From Octopus vulgaris (Eukaryota), in assembly GCA_951406725.2 (NCBI GenBank), contig OX597816.1:165292001-165356000 (forward strand): 64,000 nucleotides of DNA, in the 5' to 3' direction. The notes beneath the pieces were generated by a model. That model had not been told where the DNA came from. It was given only the letters and a program-made list of their open reading frames with translations, and made no database searches. The translations under genes were made by a program, and so were the position numbers. Positions 12,813 to 24,835 of this stretch are shown here, piece after piece; positions within the stretch are counted from its first letter, which is position 1; the number at the start of each line of letters is the position of its first letter.

Positions 12813-13510
12813 CCCTTTAGTATTTAACCCTTTCGTTACTGTATTTATTTTGAGATGTTCTGTGTTTCTTTCAATTACTTTAAATATAACAAAGAATTTA
12901 GTAAAATAACTTAGTTATCATTCAGCTAGTGTTAGGAACATAAATTGTGACTAAGGTTTGATGGAAGATTTTAATTCAAAACTTATGAAAACAAGACATT
13001 TGTACTACAGAGCCAGAGGTAGTTTCTGCCAGGTTGGTATCAAAAGGGTTAAGAATTGTTTTGCTATTATATATTTTAACCCTTTCGTTACTGTATTTAT
13101 TTTGAGATGTTCTGTGTTTCTTTCAATTACTTTAAATATAACAAAGAATTTAGTAAAATAACTTTGTTATCATTCAGCTAGTGTTAGGAACATAAATTGT
13201 GACTAAGGTTTGGTGGAAGATTTTAATTCAAAACTTATGAAAACAAGACATTTGTACTACAGAGCCAGAACCAGTTTCAGCCGGGTTGGTAACAAAAGGG
13301 TTAAACTGGTTATACCCGGCCAAAATATTGTTCCTGTTTCATGTTTGAACTGGCCAGATCCAGCCTCTCACACCTACCTGACAATGTTAGTCTAAAAGCT
13401 ATACAGTCACATCACTGAAATCTCAAGGTTACAAGATAATGCAGGATAAATTCAGAGCAATGTGAATAAATAAGCATTGCATTTGACAGAATCATCTGAA
13501 TGCCAGAGGG
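12813..13510 (+). mobile_element. piggyBac-type MITE family P2 interrupted by a P1 dimer
   Basis: CCCTTTAGTAT-TTAA|insert|TTAA-ACTGGTTATACCCGGCC...GAGGG; the uninterrupted copy at 51439-51657 has a single TTAA at this site. Confidence 0.75.
12828..13300 (+). mobile_element. Head-to-tail dimer of piggyBac-type MITE P1
   Basis: Two copies of about 221 bp (12828-13048, 13080-13300), each TTAA-CCCTTT...AAAGGG-TTAA, joined by the spacer GAATTGTTTTGCTATTATATATT. Confidence 0.85.
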
Positions 13511-14009
13511 TTATATATCAAAGTATTCAAAAAATTTAAAGTAATTTTTAAGAATTTAAAGTGCTAAGTTGTAAAACAAAACAAATATATATCCTTCAGA
13601 TAAAGTGTCGTGAAGTGGGAGTGAACCTGGAACCATGTGGTTGGGAAGCAAACTTCTTACCATACAGCCACACATGCGCTTATATAAATAAATAAATATT
13701 ATCAATATCACATACTTAATTTTTTTGTTAAATGCTAAAGAGCAGTAGTATTTTGTTTAAAGGAGTTCCTTTTTGAAGTTGTATGGAGTTGAAAACTACA
13801 GCATACAGGACAACTACATTTCAGAACGTTGCAATTTTTTAAACACCATGCATCGTTAGAGGGAACTCCCTTAGACAAAATACTACAGCTTTGTATATGA
13901 CATTGATAATGTCATATACATTGGTAATGTCTACATTATTGAGCACTACAAACACAACATCTGAGTATATATATATATATATGTATGTGCGCATGTGTAT
14001 GTTTTCAAG

Positions 14010-14210
14010 TCTCCTCTGGCCCTGTGCCGGTGGCACATAAAAAAACCCCACTACACTCACAGAGTGGTTGGCATTAGGAAGGGCATCCAGCTGTAGAAAC
14101 ACTGCCAAACCAGACTGGAGCCTGGTGCAGCCTCCATGGCTTACCAGACCTCGGTTGAATCGTCCAGCCCATGCTAGCATGGAAAACGAACGTATGATGA
14201 TGATGATGAT
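14010..14210 (+). mobile_element. RTE 3'UTR fragment (family E)
   Basis: Family E tail with (GAT)n; the terminal segment is locally duplicated at 14232-14278. Confidence 0.75.
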
Positions 14211-14278
14211 ATATATATATATATATATATGTAGCATGGAGAACGGACGTTAAACGATGATGATGATGATGGTGATGA

Positions 14279-14314
<36 letters not shown>

Positions 14315-14315
14315 C

Positions 14316-14909
14316 CAGTAATCCTTTGACTATCGCAGGTGTTATGTTCCTAAAACCCTTGGTGATTAGTGAAAATCCGGGAAGTAGAAACAGTACTGTA
14401 GATTATTTTAAAATCATTTTCAAAATTTACTCTTTTACTTGTTTCAGTCATTTGACTGCGGCCATGCTGGAGCACTGCCTTTGGTCGAGCAAATTGACCC
14501 CGGGACTTATTCTTTGTAAGCCCAGTACTTATTCTATCGGTCTCTTTTTTGCCGAACCGCTAAGTGACGGGGACGTAAACACACCAGCATCGGTTGTCAA
14601 GCAATGCTAGGGGAACAAACACACACATATATATACATATATACAACGGGCTTCTTTCAGTTTCCGTCTACCAAATCCACTCACAAGGCATTGGTTGGCC
14701 CGGGGCTATAGCAGAAGACATTTGCCCAAGGTGCCACGCAGTGGGACTGAACCCGGAACCATGTGGTTGGTTAGCAAGCTACTTACCACACAGCCACTGT
14801 ATATATTTATTTTATTATAAATGCAAAACAACACCATGGACAAATTGACGTAAGCTTAAATAATAAACTGCGATAGGTGAACCGTGATTGATATGGTGAG
14901 GGATTACTG
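14316..14909. mobile_element. Tc1/mariner (pogo/Tigger-like) MITE interrupted by a SINE A (14428-14798, minus)
   Basis: Terminal inverted repeats CAGTAATCC / GGATTACTG followed by TA, in a TA-rich context. Confidence 0.6.
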
Positions 14910-15636
14910 TATATATATACATATGTACATACACACATACATATAAATGTAATATTTTACAAAAAAAAATATCTCTAACTATATGCAATTAGTAATAAAT
15001 TAGGTAGATGGTGATCATACAGAGTCCATGGTTTGCTTTGTGCCCAACAAACAATACTGTGTGTATGTGTCTAATACACACACACACCACAAATAAAAAC
15101 ACAAAAACACACCAGATTTTGTATTATTCTTTTCCCATCCATTATACACTAAATTACTATTTTCAAAGCTTTTCAAAGAGGTAATGCTAATAACAGAATT
15201 TGCAGTTTTAATGCATAAATCCGCGGCAGAGCTCAATAATGCATTACAAACGATACCTAATTTATAACGACAAACATCATGCAACGTAGAAGAAAGTGAT
15301 TGATTATAGATGGTCCTGTAATTCAATAGCAAAATTAATACTTGATACTGTTTATTTCTTACATCTGTTCTCTCATTTAACTAAAGGCTCTTTTGCATCT
15401 CGGTGCATTATCAGAGAATACAATATGACATGTGTAGTATTACATCTGAACAATGATAATGGACAGCATATTTGATTTTCATACAGAAATCTTTATCTCT
15501 CTTTCCAGCACCACACAAATTGTTCTCACGCACTCTTGTGTCATTTGAGCAGTCAATCTCCACCTACAGCAAGAAACCTGTTCCTGTCCCTTCTGCTCGC
15601 TACACTTTAATCTTTCATCTCCTATAATTTATTTTT

Positions 15637-16378
15637 AACTACCCACAAAGGGCTAAACACAGAAGAGACAAACAAGGACAGACAAACAGATTAAGTCGAT
15701 TACATCGAGCCCATAGTATAACTGGTACTTAATTTAGCGACCCCGAAAGGATGAAAGGCAAAGTCGACCTCGGCGTAATTTGAACTCAGAACGTAACGGT
15801 AGACAAAATACCTATTTCTTTACTACCCACAAGGGGCTAAACACAGAGAGGACAAACGGATTAAGTCGATTACATCGAGCCCAGTGTGTAACTGGTACTT
15901 AATTTAGCGACCCCGAAAGAATGAAAGGCAAAGTTGACCTCGGCGTAATTTGAACTCAGAATGTAACGGTAGACGAAATACCTATTTCTTTACTACCCAT
16001 AAGGGGCTAAACACAGAGAGGACAAATGGATTAAGTTGATTACATCGAGCCCAGTGTGTAACTGGTACTTATTTTAGCGACCCCGAAAGGATGAAAGGCA
16101 AAGTCGACCTTGGCGTAATTTGAACTCAGAACGTAACGGTAGACGAAATACCTATTTCTTTACTACCCACAAGGGGCTAAATACAGAGAGGACAAACAAG
16201 GACAGACAAACGGATTAAGTCGATTACATTGAAGCCAGTGCGTAACTGGTACTTAATTTAGCGACCCCGAAAGGATGAAAGGCAAAGTCGACCTCAGCGT
16301 AATTTGAACTCCGAACATAATGGTAGATGAAATACAGCTAGGCATTTCGTCCGGTATGCTAATGTTTCTGCCAGCTCG
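15637..16378 (-). repeat. SINE B concatemer: one head plus four tandem bodies of 170-184 bp
   Basis: Units start at 15639, 15823, 15993 and 16163; junction GAAATACCTATTTCTTTACTACCCA; the single head (CTGCCAGCTC) lies at about 16370. Confidence 0.9.
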
Positions 16379-16917
16379 AAAACTACCTCCAATTTTATCA
16401 TAGCCAAAAAACTTCAACTCCGACTCCTCTTTGTTGTGGTCTACATATCTCATAAAGCATATGCATGTACTTTGAATAGGCCTATATGTTATAACTGGTT
16501 CACATTAAAGAATAAAGACATTGTGAGTCGGAGTCGGTATAGTTTTACTGACTCCGACTCCATCTACCCCTTAATTGTTTCCAACTCTAAGACTCTGACT
16601 CCACAACCCCAGACAGCAGTGCCACTCAGGTGATGGGGATCTTAGCCTTGCCAGGTACATGGTGACTTCACTGGTGCTGATGTCATGAAAAGAGCACCCA
16701 GTATATTCTTTATAATGCTAGGTGTTAAGAAGGGCACCCAGTCCAAGAAACTATGAACTATGCCAAAGCAGACATTGGACCCATCAGATTCTGTCATGCT
16801 ATTCAACCTTTACCAAGATGGAAGATAAGATGTTAAAATGTGACAACAATGATAGCATATTTAGTTTTTGTATTTCGATTCCCAGATTCTTGATGTGAAT
16901 TTGTGTGTTGAAACACA

Positions 16918-17098
16918 TCTTGTTGTTTTGGGAGGGTCATTACACCAATAAAGATAACACATGTACTGGTTAAATATCACTTTGTTATTGTTAGTGAATC
17001 GGTTAAATACTTAACCAGTAGACTAATAATACAAGAGTTATATTGAACCAGTGCACATGTCATTATTATTGAAGTAATGAGCCTCCGGAGACATAAGA
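16918..17098. repeat. Fold-back element with imperfect inverted arms, copy 2
   Basis: Same family as 11936-12218, including the upstream leader AGATTCTTGATGTGAATTTGTGTG; arms meet at GGTTAA-ATAC-TTAACC. Confidence 0.7.
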
Positions 17099-17620
17099 AA
17101 ATTCGTACCATGGTAAATGGTGGCAGGTAACATGCTTTTGCTAATTGTTTCAGGTATCCATCTAGTTATGAGCAGACATAAGCAACCTTTTGGATAAAGA
17201 ATGAGAATGCAACAGATAGGAGAGAAAGTAGAGTGTGTGAGTTTGTTTGCATTTGTGCTTCTCCAAAAACAGATGTGCTGCTAATAAAAGGCTTAAGGTG
17301 ATCTAAATTTAAACCATCTTTGAAAATTTCTTGTCAATTTATACTCAAGACACCAGGTGAATGATGACAAAGTTGTTTCGTTATAATTTTTTATTTGCTT
17401 TTATAAAAATTAACTGAAACAAAACCAGTGTATTTCGAGAGAAATATGGTAACAAAAAGTTGAAGAACAACTCCAGGACTTATTCTTTGTAAGCATAGTA
17501 CTTATCCTATGGGTCTCTTTTGCCGAACCTCTTGTTATGGGGATGTAAACACACCAGCATTGGTGGTCAAGCAATGTTAAGAGACAAACACAGACACAAA
17601 CATACACATACAAACACATA

Positions 17621-18122
17621 TCTATATATATAAAACTCAACTTGTGTGTTTGTGTGTGTATGTTTGTGTGCTTAACTTCCCGGTACATCTCCTCCTAGCC
17701 AACAAATCATAGAACCACCAAAAATGGGTCACTTAAAGTTTAGGCGAATGAAAATTAAACTGCACTATTTCTGTTCCAAAATTCATCTCGCAAGTGCAAA
17801 AATCGATAATGTGTTTGTTTAGGCTTTAGCCCATGCATTGAATAGTGAACTTTACTCAGTCAGCTGTTTGACGTGAACTGTGTTCACCACGCGTGCAATC
17901 ATGCGTAAATAGCATGAAAAGTAAAAAATCAAGATATAAAAACGAATCACCGTAACCATTGTAGAAATTTGGCAAAGAAATGAATTTTCAGGATGTAGCC
18001 TGGAGGGTTTTTTCGTATTAATCGTCGTTTGGACTTTGTGAAGACATACCAATTGTTTTCATAACATTTTTAATGCTTTGAATTAAATGTGACCATTTTG
18101 CAAAGCCGGGCAATACTGCTAG
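17621..18122 (+). mobile_element. Non-autonomous Helitron inserted into a SINE A
   Basis: A|TCTATATATATAAAA ... GCAAAGCCGGGCAATACTGCTAG|T: 5' TC, 3' CTAG, A/T insertion site, no TSD. The host SINE A (minus) resumes after 18123. Confidence 0.75.
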
Positions 18123-18259
18123 TACATATATATATGACAGGCTTCTTCCAATTTCCATCTACCAAATCCATATTGATTCCTATGGACCTCAGCAGTTCCA
18201 TGCAGACCATGAGAACTGTCCATTTCTAACACAACCATCCATTAAGGTAACAGAAAAAA

Positions 18260-18388
18260 AGAGAGAGAGAGAGAGAGAGACAGACAGAGAAAGAAGATAG
18301 AGAGAAAAGACAGATAGATAAGTAGAGGGAGAGAGAAAGGGGGAGAGAGAGAGAGAGAGAAAGGGAGGGAGAGAGAGAGAGAGAGAGG
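18260..18388. repeat. (GA)n / polypurine tract
   Basis: Directly visible AG-rich microsatellite. Confidence 0.9.
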
Positions 18389-18689
18389 ACAGATGATTTC
18401 ATTAACTTTCAGTCAGTGCCAAGCCAAAGTGATAGCAGGGATCACTCATAGACAAGGAGACGATCTTGCTAGGTTAACTACCTGCAGCAATTCCATATGA
18501 TGTCAACCACTTAAGTAGGGCATTCAACTACTCGATGGCCTGCAGGGCAATTGGCATCATTACGTCTGGCTTTCTTTGCAAAATGATATCCGTTCAATGG
18601 TTAATGAGCAGTAACGAATTGTAACAGGGTGTAGAAAGAAGTCAATGACAAAGTGATTAGTTTTGTGAGAAAATACTTCATCATCACCA

Positions 18690-19190
18690 CTATTATTGAG
18701 TGAGAGAGCAGTGCATGCCATCAAAGTGACACTGGGGTAAAATATACAAAGCCCAATATACCCATCATGACTACCCGTCTTATAAGGGTACACCAGGCAT
18801 ATGCATCACAACCATATGTATGCAACATGGTGATCTCATATCAAGATAAAAAGCACATGACCTTGCAGGTGGGGCCCAGTTAGAATTTTCTTCTGGTGAA
18901 TTATCCAAACCTCTAAAAATTCCTTTCAACACACGGCTATGATGCTCCCCCACTACTTCTGCTCATGATCAGAGATGCACATATCGCCAGCCACTAAGGG
19001 ACATGGTCAACTGGTTAAGGTCAAACAACTGACTAGCAATTCTGTGGTATTAAGCAGAATATTTGCTGTAGCCCAACTTTTATAGCAAGACAAAACAATG
19101 TACATGATAACACTTCCAATCAATTAAGATGAGAAGCCATGAGAGCCACTGCCTGGTACTGCATCAAGGCATTTATTATCATTATTATTA
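18690..19190 (-). mobile_element. About 500-bp non-coding retroposon bounded by (TAA)n, possibly R4/Dong-mobilised
   Basis: Near-identical inverted copy at 54727-55275 ending CTCTCACTCAATAATAATAAT; TAA repeats on both flanks of this copy. Confidence 0.6.
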
Positions 19191-19196
19191 TTATCC

Positions 19197-19810
19197 AAAC
19201 ATTGGGACTCACCAAGACAATGATTAGCGACAGAGACCATTGGAGATATGCTGTGCTTGAGAAGACCTGGCAAGCCAAGTGAGACTATAACCCGTGGCCT
19301 ATGACAATGGTGTATAACCAGCCCACTTATGAGTATCCTTCATTCATTGGATAATAAATTGTGTTTGCGAAGACCTGTTGAGGGAAGTGAAATCAAAATC
19401 GCTGACGTGGCTGATGACTGTACTGATGACTGTACCTGTGCCAGAGAAACGTTAAAAGCACCATTTGAGTGTGACCATTGCCAGTGCCGCCTCACTGGCA
19501 CCTGCACCGGTGGCATGGGAAAAACAACATTCGAGCATAGTTGTTGCCAGTGCCTGTGCAGGTGGTATGTAAAAAACACCATCTGAGCGTGGTCCTTGCC
19601 AGTACCACCTGACTGGCCCTCATGCTGGTGGTACGTAAAATCACCCACTACACTCTCGGAGAGGCTGGCATTAGAAAGGGCATCCAGCTGTAGAAACATT
19701 GCCAGATCAGATTGGAGCCTGGTGCAGCCTTCTGGCTCGCCAGTCCTCAGTCAAACCGTCCAACTCATACCAGCATGGAAAGTGGACATTAAACGACGAT
19801 GATGATGATT
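19197..19810 (+). mobile_element. RTE LINE 3' end (ORF tail plus family E 3'UTR)
   Basis: Starts with an LGLTKTMISDRDHWRYAVLEKT-coding segment, then tandem units and a (GAT)n tail. Confidence 0.7.
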
Positions 19811-20280
19811 CAATCATAGGGAGTACAGCAGAATTTGTCACTGATTAAAGTGCGTTGGATCCGAGATATCTTCTCTTTTCATTGGTCGATGAATTAACGA
19901 ACTGTAATTGTATTCATTCCAAAATATCTCATTTGATGCCGTCAGCTGAATCTCAGACACGTTTACACAAACATGCACGCATACAACACACACATGTATA
20001 TGTTTACGTATACACTATTCTGACTATTCTGAAATTGCAATCAAGACAAATGTAATTGACGGACAGTCAGGCATGACTAATCCATAAATGTTAGTAAATG
20101 AATCTATAATTGCAGACTCCTGATTGTTTGTATCAAAACAATTTGAATTTGCAGGTTCTGAAGGTGTGTGTGTGTGTGTGTGACTATGTGTGTGTGTGTG
20201 TGTGACTGTGTGTGTGTGTGTGTGTGTGTGTGTATGACAAAGAAGATGAAAATCTCAATGCAGCACAAGTTTAATATTCT

Positions 20281-20459
20281 TTTATTTGTTTCAGTCATTT
20301 GAGTGCGGCCATGCTGGAGCACCACCTTTTAAATCAAACAAATCAACCCCAGGACTTGTTGTTTGTAAGCCTAGTACTTATTCAATCGGTCTCTTTTGCC
20401 ATACCACTAAGTTACGGGGATGTAAACACATGGGATGTCAAGCGATGGTTGGGAGACAA

Positions 20460-20513
<54 letters not shown>

Positions 20514-20965
20514 CAAATGAAAGACAGTAGGTGGAATATACAAGAATTTATTATTAATCACAACAATTGTTTCGACACATCTAGCATCGATTCCTCATGG
20601 GTGGGACACTCAACAACTAGTTCAGGGGCATCCAGTGGTGCAGATGAATCTTGTCAGGTGATAAATAAATACAACTCATTAAAATGAGTGCTCCGCAATG
20701 TAACTTTCCATTTTGTAGAGAGAAAAGTAGCCAGATGCAGGAAAAATCTTCATTTATATAGAAGATCAAAAATAAAATCACAGATGACAAAAAGAGAAAC
20801 GACAGGCTTCTTTCAGTTTCTGTCTACCAAATCCCCTCACAAGGTTTTGGTTGGCCTGAGGTTATAGTAGAAGATACTTGCCCAAGGTGGTATGCAGTGG
20901 GACTGAACCCGGAACCATGATGGTTGGGAAGCAAGCTTCTTGCTACACAGCCACGCCTGCGCCTA
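20281..20965 (-). mobile_element. SINE A split by a Penelope-like fragment (20513-20797) inside its TA tract
   Basis: SINE A 3' half at 20281-20470 and 5' half at 20798-20965; the intervening sequence matches 63925-64000. Confidence 0.75.
20557..20662 (-). ncRNA. Degenerate type I hammerhead with an extended stem II
   Basis: Minus strand: ATCAC-CTGACAA-GATTCATCTGCA...TGCTAGATGTGTC-GAAA-C(AATT)G-TT-GTGAT. G8>A and GUC>GUU are both explicable as CpG decay. Confidence 0.6.
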
Positions 20966-21010
20966 TGATGAGGACAGTGATATATATACATATATATATA
21001 TATGTGTGTG

Positions 21011-21310
21011 GAGGTGCAATGGCCCAGTGGTTAGGGCAGCGGACTCGCGGTTGTAGGATCGCGGTTTCAATTCCCAGACCGGGCGTTGTGAGTGTTTATT
21101 GAGCGAAAATACTTAAAGCTCCATGAGGCTCCAGCAGGGTGTGGTGGCGATCCCTGCTGTACTCTTTCGCCACAACTTTCTCCCACTCTTTCTTCTGTTG
21201 GCCTGCTCGCTTAGCCTGCGGGGTGGCGTCATTTGAAGGCTAAAACAATGAGAAGTGCATTGTGACCAGCGATATGTAGCAACATCTGATAGCCTGGTCG
21301 ATCACGGTGA
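21011..21310 (+). mobile_element. tRNA-derived SINE family C
   Basis: TGGCCCAGTGG A-box, GGTTTCAATTCCC B-box, inserted in (TA)n; related copy at 43097-43445. Confidence 0.75.
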
Positions 21311-21609
21311 TATATATATATATATATAGTGGATTATTAGCTACTTAAGGATGAATATAGACCCTACACAATCTGCTAAATGGCCATTTCTTTCATATGC
21401 ATATATGTGCACGAACACAGTTCTGGGATAACCAGTTCATAGGAATGTGTTTTGGCCAGCTGGAGTAAAAGAGCTCAAAACACAGAGTCTAAACATGAAT
21501 GTCGTTTACGAAATACGAGTTCAACAAAATACATTTTGTTCTCGAAATTTTGCTGGCTGTTGTGAGACTCTACTTGAATGGAATGAGTGATCTTTTAATT
21601 AGTGTTTGA

Positions 21610-21715
21610 CTTATGTATGTACGTATGTGTGTGTGTATATATATATACACATGCCTAATTTATCTATATACATATATCTAAAATTCATACACAAGCATAT
21701 ACACACACATCTACA

Positions 21716-21766
<51 letters not shown>

Positions 21767-21980
21767 ATATCTACGTTTCGCAATCATCATGCATATATCT
21801 ATATATACACATATATAAAAATTCATACATAAGTATATACACACGCATACATATCTACATGCATATATATATATATATACACACACACACATATATATCT
21901 ACATGTATATATATATATTTATATATACATGCATACAAGATAGACAGATGGATACATATACATACATACATACATACATG
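21610..21980. repeat. Compound (TA)n/(CA)n/(TG)n microsatellite
   Basis: Directly visible. Confidence 0.9.
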
Positions 21981-22759
21981 ACATTACATTGCAGATATAT
22001 ACTCAAGAGGCAGAGAGAGTGGTTGAAAATTTTATGAACCAATTAACTGAGTAGAGGAAGATGAGTAGTCATCTTCAGCAGCTGTTAATAAACATGAAAC
22101 TAATTAATGAGAAAACAACTTGAAACTATTCAAAGGAGAAGAAGACGGAAGAGGAGATATCTAATTCGTAGTTGTGTCATCTGGAGAAATATTAGTAAAT
22201 GAATGATATACAAATATAAATAAAACAGAAATTGAACAATTATTTTGGTTGAAAGCTGGTAATAAAATAACGAGGGTGTTATACACATGATCGCTAGATC
22301 GTGGGTTCAATTCCCGGACTGGGTGGTGTGTTTTGTTCTTGAGCAAAATGCTTCATTTCATGTTGCCCCAGTCCACTCAGCTGTTAACAGGTCATGCTGC
22401 AATGAACTAGCCTTCTGATCAGTGGGAATATTGGCCTGCCTACCTAGCCAGTGGGGTGGGCAACATTTGAAAGCTAAAACAATGCAAAGCGCATGGTGGC
22501 CAGCGATGTATAACGACATCTGATTGTCTGGTCGATCATGTGGTGTAACATACACCTGATGGAATGAGAAATGACATCACTGATTGAGTGGAGTCGTCAG
22601 ATTCACATGAGACACTAATACAGCAACTACTGTTTATTAATAACAACATGCAGTCCATCATCGAATTACAATGCATGAAATCATCTGAGGGGGGAAACCA
22701 GAGAAAAAGAGAGAGAGAGAGAAAGAGAAGTTATGTACAAGATGTAACAGAAGACTTAC

Positions 22760-22831
22760 TTGTGTGGAATATATGTTGCAGGCAGCCCATCTTACAGATG
22801 CTCCAAGGGCAGCTAATGTTTCAATAAGTAC
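22760..22831 (-). CDS. AHCYL1: AHCY-like coding exon C
   Basis: ttttttag|GTACTT...ACACAA|gtaagt; 72 nt; VLIETLAALGASVRWAACNIYSTQ. Confidence 0.96.
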
Positions 22832-22880
22832 CTAAAAAAAGGTGGGAAAAAAAGAGAATAATAATAATAATAATAATAAT

Positions 22881-23276
22881 GAGCAAATATAAAGATCTTG
22901 AAATAGAAATTAGCAAAATGTGGAACCCAAAAACTAAAACAATACCTGTTGTCATAGGTGGGAATAATAGCAAAAGGGGGTGATTGCTACCTAGCTCAGA
23001 TACCGGGAAACCCCAAAATGGCAGAAATTCAAAAGATAGTGCTCATGGGAACTGCTCATATCCTACGCAAAATACTTTCTATGTAATCTCAAGTTTTAAA
23101 ACAAACATAATATTCTTATGGTTTCTTAAACATTCTCTAGACAACACTATGTACAAAACCAAATATATGGCACCCTAGGCATAAAACCAACATGAACTTC
23201 CAACTTTTTGTCTCTTGAGGTCTCTGGGGGAGACTTGGAGCCAACTTGTACAAATGTAAAGCAAAAGTCAAACATA
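22881..23276 (+). mobile_element. R4/Dong-clade (RLE) non-LTR retrotransposon 3' fragment in (TAA)n
   Basis: Translates SKYKDLEIEISKMWNPKTKTIPVVIG / IAKGGDCYLAQIPGNPKMAEIQKIVLMGTAHILRKILSM* (frameshifted), a C-terminus typical of RLE-type elements; (AAT)n at 22857-22880 and 23277-23320. Confidence 0.75.
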
Positions 23277-23724
23277 TAATAACAATAATAATAATAATAA
23301 TAATAACAATAATAATAATAGCAGAGGAAAAAATGCAAGCATGACTATTTTGCTGAAAGAATACACTTAGCCAAGTCTGTAGATCTAAAATGACAGTTAA
23401 ATAGTAGGAACACAAACCATGGGTTGTAATCATCATCATCATAAGGATTTTAAAGGATAAAAAATAAACTCTAAAGGCATAGATTCTGCAATGTCATATG
23501 ATAACAGAGTGGCTGCCAAAGAAATTGGAAAAAAGGAGACAGGACCTAGCCAGAGAGATGAAGAGATTCTGAAAGACTAAGACAATTATCCCTGTGTTAA
23601 TTAGCACTTGGTACAATGCCTTCTATAATTCCTTCTAATTTTGGTATCGAGTTAGCAATTTCATGGGAGGGAACCAGTCATTGATATTGAACTCAGAGCT
23701 TGATTGATTTGATTCTTATTTTAT

Positions 23725-24020
23725 CAACCGTGGCCGATGCCAGCACCGCCCCGACTGGCTTCTGTGCAGGTGGCACATAAAAAGCACCAACTGACCGTGG
23801 CCGATGCCAGACCCCTCTGGCACCTGTGCAGGTGGCACGTAAAAAGCACCCACTACACTCGGGGAGTGGTTGGCGTTAGGAAGGGCATCCAGCTGTAGAA
23901 ACACTGCCAGACCAGACTGAAGCCTGGTGCAGCCCCTGGCTTCCCAGACCCCGGTTGAACCGTCCAACCCGTGCTAGCGCGGAAAACGGACGTTAAACGA
24001 CGATGATGATGATGATGATG
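23725..24020 (+). mobile_element. RTE 3'UTR fragment (family E) inserted into a degraded SINE B
   Basis: Family E tail with (GAT)n; SINE B sequence resumes at AAAGGATGAAAGGC (24021). Confidence 0.75.
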
Positions 24021-24466
24021 AAAGGATGAAAGGCAAAAATGACTTCAGTGGCATTTGAACTCAAAACACAAATAACTGAAAGAAATACCACAAAGCAGTA
24101 ACAATCCAGCGGAGCTGAATTGCTTTAATAATCCTTTCTTATTTTAGCACAAAATAAGTAATTTTGAGGGGAGGGGAAGTCAATTACATTGACACCAGTG
24201 CTCAACTGTTATTTATTTTATCAACTCTGAAAAAGATGAAAGGTAAAGTCGATAATATTTTTTCCTAATATAGTCAAATGAGAAAGCAACCCTCTAAAAT
24301 ATGTGGATAGGCATTAGGTATTCAAAGGTTGAACAATGTATGGAGAATGAATGAATGAATGAATGAATGAAGTTTTTCCTGCACAGAATTCAAGCCAATG
24401 AATACCTAACCAGAAAAAGATTCATCTGTGTAAGTCTTCACCATTCCTCTATCAAATACTCTCTCT

Positions 24467-24672
24467 TTTACTCTTTTGCTTGTTTCAGTCATTTTGACTG
24501 CGGCCTTGCAGGAGCACTGCCTTTAGTCAAGCAAATCGATTCCAGGATTTATTCTTTGTAAGCCTGATACTTATTCTATCGGTCTCTCTTGCCGAACCGC
24601 TAAGTGACGGGGGACGTAAACCACACCAGCATCGGTTGTCAAGCGATGTTGGGGGGACAAACACAGACACAC

Positions 24673-24703
<31 letters not shown>

Positions 24704-24835
24704 CATATACATGTATACAACGGGCTTCTTTCAGTTTCTGCCTACCAAATCCACTCACAAGGCTTTGGTCGACCTGAGGCTATAGTAGAAGACACTTGCC
24801 CAAGGTGCCATGCAGTGGGACTGAACCCAGAACCA
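24467..24835 (-). mobile_element. SINE family A
   Basis: Reverse complement of the 48214-48620 family, 5' truncated. Confidence 0.8.

Noticed and set aside
15637-16378. CRISPR-like array
   Set aside because: Units are 170-184-bp SINE bodies with no unique spacers, there are no cas genes, and the context is eukaryotic.
18400-18685. Unique, slightly GC-richer segment with CRE-like words as an enhancer
   Set aside because: Short motifs are expected by chance and no conservation data are available.
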